Source: Geotalea daltonii FRC-32
Lineage (GTDB): Bacteria > Desulfobacterota > Desulfuromonadia > Geobacterales > Geobacteraceae
Direction: 5' to 3'
DNA: 32,000 bases
NCBI RefSeq assembly: GCF_000022265.1
Contig: NC_011979.1
Span: 690,001-722,000 of the forward strand
Shown piece by piece: positions 25,314-32,000 of this stretch (position 1 is the first letter of the stretch; each line of letters opens with the position of its first letter). The position numbers were made by a program, and so were the translations under genes. A model generated the notes under the pieces. It was given only the letters and a program-made list of their open reading frames with translations, had not been told where the DNA came from and did no database searches.

Positions 25314-27385
25314 TTGCCCGACCTTTGAACCCAAAACTGATACATGCCGCCGAAAGTGTCCGGGTTCTCCTGTTCGAAAAGATGCCACAGGTGCAGTGAA
25401 TTATGGGTGCTGTCATCGGGAAATCGGTTGCTGTAGCGTAACAGCGTCTGGGCGTCCAGTTGAAAACCAAGGAAAGCCAGGTCGAAATCCTTGATAATTG
25501 CAGCAATCTGCAGCAGATCAAAGGTATGTTCCTGGACATGGAAAATCAGATCACGGCAAGCGCTGGTGCTGTAAAAATCCCTGCTCGCCATTACCTTGCG
25601 GATCAGCTGGTCATCGGTAAACGACGCTATCTCCCTGCGGCAGCGGCGGATATCGTCTGGAGCAGGGTGATAATTCCGCCCGGCTATGAAATTCCGTGCT
25701 GCAGCAATATGTCTTCGGGCGATGGTGCTGTAAAGGGCCACACCCATCAATCCCCCCGGCTTCAATCGGCGCAACAGCTTTCGCCATCCTTCTTCAGGGG
25801 AGGCCATATGGTGGAGAACACCGCTGCATTCAATAATGTCAAAATCCTGCTCCGTGTGGTCAAGGTTCAGGATGTCCCCTTGGACGAAGGTGATGTTGGC
25901 ACACCCGAATTCCTCCGCCTTGCGCATGGCATAGGCAAGACTGGCCTTGCTCAGATCCATGGCCGTTACCCTGGCCCCTTCAAATCGGGCAGCAGTCGTG
26001 ATGGCGTGACGCCCAGTACCACAACCGGCGATAAGAATCGCCGGTTGTTGATTATTCAGGATTTGGGGAATTACCAGATGGGGGAAAAGTTTCGAGAATA
26101 CCTTGTCCATGGGAAGGGGCACAGGCAGCGCCATACTGAACCAGCGTGGATAAGGATTTTCTTCATACTGGTCCTGTACCTGCTGCGAGAGAGCATCTAT
26201 GGGCGAGATAGCAGGGATCATGCACTTCATTCGCTGCTCTGCCAGCGGCTCGACCACTTGGTGCAAGAACACTTTTTGCAGCATCTCATGATGATCTTCT
26301 GCGTCGACAAGGCTGGTAAGCAACTCGCATTCAGGCAGCCGGTGCAATGGCTGATAGCAGGCCAGGAGCACCAGCCGTAACAGGGGGATCTTGCTCCCGG
26401 AGCCAATGCAGTCACAAATAAAGACCTGTAACTGCCGCACAGCCGTCTGCTCCTCCCCGGTGACATAAAAGACGTATTCGTTGCTGAAACAGAGCTGTGC
26501 CAGGCTGCAAAGGAACGGGATGGACCCGGCTAAGTCTGCTGGATAACAAGTATCGGTTGGATGGGATAAAAGCAGGTTTTTTCGCAGCACGGTGAGGAGT
26601 TGTTCCAACTCCCAGTTGCAGAGAAGGGATGACTCCATCACCCGCAGGAAGAGGTCGTCGTCGAGCAGCGACCAGAGCTTTCCCTCAAACATTAGCGTCA
26701 AGAGCTGCTGGTTATCGGCTGCCGCCGATAGCAGCGTTGAAACCTCTGGTCTGGCAAGGATAAGATGGGTGGCAATGTCTGCCAGGGACTCATTGGGTGA
26801 CTGCTCGTATGCTGTGAGCAGGTCTTTTTCCAGGGCGGCCAGCTGCTTGCCGGAAAGGGAACTCTGGCAGTGGGCCAAAAGGCTCTGCCAGAGTCGGACA
26901 TTTCCCGGACCATAGTGCACTGCGGTGCAAAAGGCTCCAATGGCCTTCTGCTGCTCCCCCCTGGCCAGATATATTTCTCCCAGCGTCTGGTGCAAATCGA
27001 CAAGATCGGGCGTCAGTTCCAAGGCTTGTATCACAGTGTTCTCAGCCCCCGCTAGATCTTTAACCGTCAGGAGATGCCTTGCCTGTTCCGCCAGGGCAGA
27101 TACCAGATTGTTCCGAAATTCAGGACGACCGGGAGAGAGTTTTGCGGCGCATTCATAATGTGCTATGGCTTCTTCCCTGCGTCCAAGGCATTGCAGGATC
27201 AAGCCGAGCTTGTCATGTGCCGCTGCAAATCCGGGGGCAATATCCAACGCTGCTGCCAGGCTTTTCGCAGCTTCGTCAAGCAGGGCTTTCTCCATCAACA
27301 TGGTGGCAAGACTGAACCGGACTAAGGCCGTAGCCGGCAGATTATCGGTTTCTTCAGAGGCAGTATTCAAGCCTGTTTCTTGCAA
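25310..27385 (-). CDS. TPR + uncharacterised middle region + class I SAM-dependent methyltransferase fusion
   Basis: The start is uncertain. Candidates are TTG 27385 (GGGGA SD 5 nt upstream), TTG 27370 (TTGA overlap with the upstream stop) and ATG 27301. TPR units occupy the N-terminal roughly 200 aa. The methyltransferase motif I is ILIAGCGTGRHAITTA...VTAMDLS...FVQGDILNL...FDIIECSGVLHHM. Confidence 0.8.
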   Translation of the reverse strand: MQETGLNTASEETDNLPATALVRFSLATMLMEKALLDEAAKSLAAALDIAPGFAAAHDKLGLILQCLGRREEAIAHYECAAKLSPGRPEFRNNLVSALAEQARHLLTVKDLAGAENTVIQALELTPDLVDLHQTLGEIYLARGEQQKAIGAFCTAVHYGPGNVRLWQSLLAHCQSSLSGKQLAALEKDLLTAYEQSPNESLADIATHLILARPEVSTLLSAAADNQQLLTLMFEGKLWSLLDDDLFLRVMESSLLCNWELEQLLTVLRKNLLLSHPTDTCYPADLAGSIPFLCSLAQLCFSNEYVFYVTGEEQTAVRQLQVFICDCIGSGSKIPLLRLVLLACYQPLHRLPECELLTSLVDAEDHHEMLQKVFLHQVVEPLAEQRMKCMIPAISPIDALSQQVQDQYEENPYPRWFSMALPVPLPMDKVFSKLFPHLVIPQILNNQQPAILIAGCGTGRHAITTAARFEGARVTAMDLSKASLAYAMRKAEEFGCANITFVQGDILNLDHTEQDFDIIECSGVLHHMASPEEGWRKLLRRLKPGGLMGVALYSTIARRHIAAARNFIAGRNYHPAPDDIRRCRREIASFTDDQLIRKVMASRDFYSTSACRDLIFHVQEHTFDLLQIAAIIKDFDLAFLGFQLDAQTLLRYSNRFPDDSTHNSLHLWHLFEQENPDTFGGMYQFWVQRSGK

Positions 27386-27990
27386 ATGAATCCCCAGTAT
27401 TCATCCGGTCCAAGACCGGTGGTAAAATTGAAATTCACCTGTTCCAGGGGCTGCAGCCCATTGCGGCCGAGCAGAGAAACCCACATGCCGCGGTTGAGGA
27501 CGCTGTAGTGATTCTGGTTGTTCTCGTGGTGGCAGGCCGTTTCAGGCGCAGGCACCTCAAGGTAAAGAAGGCCGCCGGCTTTCAGCACCCGGGCAAATTC
27601 GGCCAGGGTGAAATGGGGGAAAATGCTGTGCTCGATCACATGCCGGGCCCAGATGAGGTCGAAAGTTTCCGGCAGATAGTCCAAAAACGACTGCTCCATT
27701 TTGGTTACCTGATGGCCCTTTTTCCTGCACGCCTCGATATCTTCATCATTAAGGGTGATGCCCAAGGGAGCGAAACCTTTTTCGCGGAAAATGTCCAGTG
27801 CCGGTCCCTGGCCGCACCCCACATCGAGGATGGCCGCCCCCTGCTGAAGCGGGTATTTCGCCAATAGATTGTTCAGCTGCTGGTTGGTTATTTCGGTATG
27901 GAGCTGCGTCGGCAGTTCCGGGTAGGTATCATTTTCCAGTTTTTTCAGAAAATCGTGCAGTCGGGCAAAGCCCGCGAATGACAATTCCAT
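27367..27990 (-). CDS. Class I SAM-dependent methyltransferase (207 aa)
   Basis: The ATG directly follows the upstream TAA (TAAATG). Motif I is ILDVGCGQGPALDIF; post-I and motif II are FDLIWARHVIEHS; motif III is LKAGGLLYLEVP. Confidence 0.85.
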   Translation of the reverse strand: MELSFAGFARLHDFLKKLENDTYPELPTQLHTEITNQQLNNLLAKYPLQQGAAILDVGCGQGPALDIFREKGFAPLGITLNDEDIEACRKKGHQVTKMEQSFLDYLPETFDLIWARHVIEHSIFPHFTLAEFARVLKAGGLLYLEVPAPETACHHENNQNHYSVLNRGMWVSLLGRNGLQPLEQVNFNFTTGLGPDEYWGFICKKQA

Positions 27991-30900
27991 TTATGCCGCC
28001 CTCTGTGTGCATTCTGTTAATAAATGGGTGATTTCCGCTGTGACCGCGCCATTGTCGATGGCTGCCTCCAGCAGCCGGCGACTCCAGTCGAATCTCCCCT
28101 GGGTATAAAGCACCTTGGCGTGCTGAAAGAGGAAATCGCCGCAGTCGTAGTTCATCTCCCTGACCTGCTGCAATCGCTGCCTTCCTTTGTCCTGTTCTCC
28201 CAAACAGAAATGGATGGAGGCAAGGAGTGCGATAGCCGGAGGATAATCCGGGTGGTTGACCAGCAGGTTTTCCAGGAGAGTGGCGACGGAGACGATCTCG
28301 CCTGAATAGAGCTCGCAACAGCCGTAGTTGAACACCGCTTCTTTCGCGTGGGGATCGAGCGCTACCGCCCTTTTCGATGAGCAGAGCGCCTCGCCATACC
28401 TGCCTTGGCAAAGGTAGGCATGTCCCATGTTGAAGTGGGCATTGGCGGAGTCAGGTTCCTGTTCCACCACCTGTCCCCAGAGTTCCAGGGCTTCGTCATG
28501 TTTGCCAAGTTCTGCAGCCTGAATGGCAAGTTCCGTCAGCGCCTGCACATCTCTGGGATGCTCGGCAAGTTTCTTCTTGCCCAGTTGATAATAAAACTCC
28601 CATTTGCCCCGCAGTTTCTCCTTGTCCAGCTTGCCGTAATGATGAATTGACAGATCTGCTTCTTTAACAGGCAGGCCGGCCCTTTCCAATGACGGTTCCA
28701 CCAGCTCATGGACGGCGTTTTCGAACCTGATGCGGCTGTCGTTCGGGAAGATGCGGACAATGAAATTGGGTTGGAAACCGATACCCGCTTCTTCTTCGGG
28801 ATATCTTCCGTCGTGGGAAAGAAATCCTTTGCTACCGGCCAGACAAGTATAGTTCTTCTGGCACACCGTATATCCGGCCGGCGTGCCAGAGGCCAGGTGC
28901 CGCAGCAACCCATGGTCCCGGCAGGAAATGACCTCGTCGGCGTCCATAACCAGAACCCATGTGCCTGACGCCTTGGCAAGGGACTCGTTCCTGGCCAGGG
29001 CAAAGCTTCCCGGCCAGGGAAGATCGAAGACAGAGGCGCCGAAGGCCCGGGCAATGTCTTTGGTCCGGTCGGTGGAGCCGGTGTCGACAACGATCATTTC
29101 TGAAACGGCAGGTTTGACGCTGGCCAGTGCCCGGGCCAGGTGCGGCGCTTCGTCTTTGGCGATCATGCACAGGGAAATACTGCCCGGCGCGCCTGCCTGA
29201 GGCCGTTCCTTCTGCCCATCCAGCGTTTTCCTCACGTGCAGTGCTGCGTCGATAATGCCGTCGTCGGCGCCGAAGCCGACCATGGCCTGTTCGATCTCGG
29301 CCATGGCCTCTTCATATTTCTGCTGGTTCAAGAGCAGGTCGATCAATTTGAAGGTGATCAATCTGCTGTGGGGGAAGATTGCCCGTGCTTCACGGAAGAC
29401 TGCTTCCCCGCGGCTGAACTGCTCGCTGGCGGAGATGGCGGAGTGGTAACGTTCCATGGCATCGCTTACCGTCGGGTTGAGCATGAAGCCCTTTTCCAGC
29501 AGCTCCAGTGCTTCGCCGTGTGCCTGGGCCGACCAGCGCAGCACACCAAGGTTGGTGCAGGCCTCGCCGAAACCGGGATCGGCTGCCATGGCACTTGTGA
29601 ACAGCTCCTCAGCCCTTGACCGGTCTCCGGCACGGAAGGCAAGCACTCCCTTCAGGTTGAGGGCCTGGGCAAAGGAACTCTCCAAGGCCAGGGCATTATC
29701 GGCGCAGCCCTCGGCTTCAGCAAGTTGCTCCAGCCCTTCTCGACAGACTCCTTCCATGACCAGGCTTTCCGCATCCCCGCCATGGCCGGGCATCTCCCTG
29801 ATGATAGCCAGGGCATCGGAGAACCGTTTTGCCTCAATGAGGAAAGAGGCCAGCAGCCGGTAGGGACGGCGGTCGGCAGGGGCGAATTTTATTCCTTCTT
29901 CGATGAGTACTTTTACCGCCTGGTCCAGGTCACCCTTGTGAAAGCTCTCCTCACCCTTGATCAGCGCGTTATGACTGGCGAGGCGGAAGGCTTCGCCCTT
30001 GTCCATTTTGGTCATGTCCCATTTGCGGTCGAATACCTTGCGGTTAACGGCCATGGCTGCATTGAAGTCGATCCTGTTCCCCTCGAAAGTCCGGCTGCCG
30101 TGGTGATGGATGAAGACGTCGCCGGCGATGACCGACTGCAGCCCGGCCAGGGAGGCGCGCAGGCAGAAATCGTCGTCCTCGAAGTTGCCCAGGGCAAAGG
30201 CTTCATCCAGCATCCCCACCTGGTCCGCCAGGCTGCGGCGGAAGAGCATGCAGAAACCGACCACCAGCTTGACCGGGATGCGCCGGTGACGATGGGCGGA
30301 GCGGAAACCGGCGGCGAAGGCTTGCATTTCGTCCATGTTTGCATAGGGGACCGACAGCAGTTGCTGGGGACCGGCTATGTTGTTGGTCATGGGAGCGACG
30401 ATGCCGTCGGCGGAGGCTTCGAGACATTCCCGCATCCCGGTAAGCCATCCCTCCGTCACCACCACGTCGTTGTTGAGTAAAAGCAGGTATTCACCCTTGG
30501 CGGCAGCCATGCCCTGGTTGCACCCCTTGGCGAAGCCCAGGTTCTTCTTGTTCTCGATAAGCCTGTAGTTTTTGTGGCTTTTCATTTCCTGGCGAAGCCA
30601 TTTGACCGTGCCATCCTTGGAACCATTGTCGACGAAGATTATCTCGTGTTTTTCCGGCGTATGTTTCTGGATGCTTGACAGGCACTCACGGGTGTATTCC
30701 AGCTGATTCAAGGTGAGGATGATGATGGAGGTTAAGTGATCCTCCTTGGCGGCCACCTTTGCCTGTGCCGTTTTTTTCTCTTTCGCCGGCGGGAAGGATA
30801 CCGGTTTCGCCTGCCGGGCCTGTTGAGGCACGGCCCGCAGCAGGTACTGGAAATGCCTTCCTTCATCGGCCAGGGTGGAAACATCCAGCCCCGCCTCGGC

Positions 30901-32000
30901 AAGGGCTTTGGGGATCTGGGGGGGGACCTGCACATCGTTGAGCACCGTTGCGCTCATGGTGGTAGGCGTAAAGCCTGCATTGCCGAAGAGTTCCATCACC
31001 CCCTGACGGGTAAAGAAGCGGAGATGGGTGCGGTCGAGGATGCCTTCATCGGCATAGTCCCATTTCCCTTCCAGGAGCCCCCTCACCACCGACCAGTGGC
31101 GGACGTTGGGGATACTGGCGACGATCTCACCCCCTGCTGCCAGTTTGCCTTTGGCGGCGACGAGAACGGCGGTGGGATCAACGAGGTGTTCCAACACATC
31201 GGCGAAAATGATGGTATCGAAATACCCATCGGGAAGGGTGGGTAAAATCTCCTCCACCGGTCCCGCGCAGACCTTGTCCAGCTTCTGTTCCGCCAGTTTC
31301 GCCGCCGCCGGCAGCATTTCGATTCCCCATACCTCCGCTTTCAGCTTTGCTTTCAGTTCGCCAGCCGTAGCGCCTGCGGCGCAGCCCACGTCAAGGATTC
31401 TCTTCGCCGCCGGATTCACCATTTCCTGCACTTCCGGTCGCGCAAAGCCATAGTAGGCAGCCGGCTTCTCCCCCATCCTGGCCAGGATCTCCTCACTGTC
31501 GGTATACATGCTGTATAGGTCCGAGCCGAACTTGTCCTTGAAGAGGTGATATTTTTCCACCAGGTGATCGGGATGGTCCCGCTCCTCGTCATAGCCCAGG
31601 TGGTAGGCGATGAACTCCCGGGCATAGCCCACCTTGCCGCCGTTTCTGCGCACCTGCTCGCACGCCTCCCAGTCGGTGGTGTATTTCCCGTCAAAGTATT
31701 TCCTTTTGATGCACTGCATCCAGGTGCCCACGTTGGCCAGGGTGATCTTGTCATTGTAAACGGTCTTCTCGCCGAGGATGACATCGGGCAGACTGGCCGG
31801 TTTGTTGACCGGATCGAGGGTCAGGCCGATGAGCCCCATCTCCGGGTACTCCCGGTGCAGGTCGAGCATCCGTTCCAGCCAGCATTTGCCCTGCAGGTCG
31901 GGGACGAGGATGTCCGGGTCGCTGACCACATACGGATCGGAGTTGGCCAGCTCGATGCCCCGCTGGAAGGCGACGGTGAAATAGTTGTCGTCGTTGAAAA
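27991..32000 (-). CDS. Giant multidomain protein (5' end outside the window): GT-A-like, SAM methyltransferase, GT2, TPR, GT2, TPR
   Basis: The frame stays open upstream of the track start (GTG 31929) to the window edge (...FNDDNYFTVAFQRGIELANSDPYVVSDPDILVP...). The methyltransferase domain lies at about 31105-31407 (ILDVGCAAGATAGEL...FDTIIFADVLEHLVDP). GT2 domain 1 lies at about 30070-30735 (SIIILTLNQLEYT...IIFVDNGSKDGT...LLLLNNDVVV...FEDDDFCLR). GT2 domain 2 lies at about 28630-29181 (ISLCMIAKDE...MIVVDTGSTDRT...WVLVMDADEV). TPR arrays lie between and after the GT2 domains. Confidence 0.85.
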   Translation of the reverse strand, partial: FNDDNYFTVAFQRGIELANSDPYVVSDPDILVPDLQGKCWLERMLDLHREYPEMGLIGLTLDPVNKPASLPDVILGEKTVYNDKITLANVGTWMQCIKRKYFDGKYTTDWEACEQVRRNGGKVGYAREFIAYHLGYDEERDHPDHLVEKYHLFKDKFGSDLYSMYTDSEEILARMGEKPAAYYGFARPEVQEMVNPAAKRILDVGCAAGATAGELKAKLKAEVWGIEMLPAAAKLAEQKLDKVCAGPVEEILPTLPDGYFDTIIFADVLEHLVDPTAVLVAAKGKLAAGGEIVASIPNVRHWSVVRGLLEGKWDYADEGILDRTHLRFFTRQGVMELFGNAGFTPTTMSATVLNDVQVPPQIPKALAEAGLDVSTLADEGRHFQYLLRAVPQQARQAKPVSFPPAKEKKTAQAKVAAKEDHLTSIIILTLNQLEYTRECLSSIQKHTPEKHEIIFVDNGSKDGTVKWLRQEMKSHKNYRLIENKKNLGFAKGCNQGMAAAKGEYLLLLNNDVVVTEGWLTGMRECLEASADGIVAPMTNNIAGPQQLLSVPYANMDEMQAFAAGFRSAHRHRRIPVKLVVGFCMLFRRSLADQVGMLDEAFALGNFEDDDFCLRASLAGLQSVIAGDVFIHHHGSRTFEGNRIDFNAAMAVNRKVFDRKWDMTKMDKGEAFRLASHNALIKGEESFHKGDLDQAVKVLIEEGIKFAPADRRPYRLLASFLIEAKRFSDALAIIREMPGHGGDAESLVMEGVCREGLEQLAEAEGCADNALALESSFAQALNLKGVLAFRAGDRSRAEELFTSAMAADPGFGEACTNLGVLRWSAQAHGEALELLEKGFMLNPTVSDAMERYHSAISASEQFSRGEAVFREARAIFPHSRLITFKLIDLLLNQQKYEEAMAEIEQAMVGFGADDGIIDAALHVRKTLDGQKERPQAGAPGSISLCMIAKDEAPHLARALASVKPAVSEMIVVDTGSTDRTKDIARAFGASVFDLPWPGSFALARNESLAKASGTWVLVMDADEVISCRDHGLLRHLASGTPAGYTVCQKNYTCLAGSKGFLSHDGRYPEEEAGIGFQPNFIVRIFPNDSRIRFENAVHELVEPSLERAGLPVKEADLSIHHYGKLDKEKLRGKWEFYYQLGKKKLAEHPRDVQALTELAIQAAELGKHDEALELWGQVVEQEPDSANAHFNMGHAYLCQGRYGEALCSSKRAVALDPHAKEAVFNYGCCELYSGEIVSVATLLENLLVNHPDYPPAIALLASIHFCLGEQDKGRQRLQQVREMNYDCGDFLFQHAKVLYTQGRFDWSRRLLEAAIDNGAVTAEITHLLTECTQRAA

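Overview
This window is a flagellar locus from a moderately GC-rich Gram-negative bacterium. The gene order resembles Geobacter/Desulfuromonadota-type polar flagellar clusters, but that taxonomic call is inference only. Positions 1-13.8 kb (+ strand) carry a compact, largely translationally coupled run: flhA (3' part), flhF, flhG, fliA, flgF, flgG, flgA, flgH, flgI, flgJ (rod-binding domain only), flgM, flgN, flgK, flgL. A candidate terminator and a sigma-28-like promoter follow, then flbD-motA-motB. A convergent PilZ (YcgR-like) gene comes next. From about 14.9 kb to the window end lies an accessory island built around one small (271 aa) Caulobacter-type flagellin gene. Upstream of it are two tandem paralogous TPR + GT9-like glycosyltransferase fusion genes, one with an extra N-terminal GT-B/GT4-like domain and one with an extra C-terminal exostosin/GT47-like domain. 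Downstream are a strong terminator, a truncated flagellin-like ORF, flbT, flaF and a hypothetical gene. A convergent 4-gene operon follows on the minus strand: a giant (more than 1335 aa, 5' end off-window) GT-A/methyltransferase/GT2/TPR/GT2/TPR protein, a small SAM methyltransferase, a TPR-methyltransferase fusion, and a TPR-GT41 (OGT/SPINDLY-like) protein. I read this island as a candidate, largely uncharacterised flagellin-directed glycosylation/methylation system physically coupled to a FlbT/FlaF flagellin translational-control module. Three unusual structured or repetitive intergenic elements, two of them heptamer-based, are also present. I recognised no rRNA, tRNA, CRISPR array, transposase or integrase. 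All domain calls come from reading the translations by eye; no database search was run.
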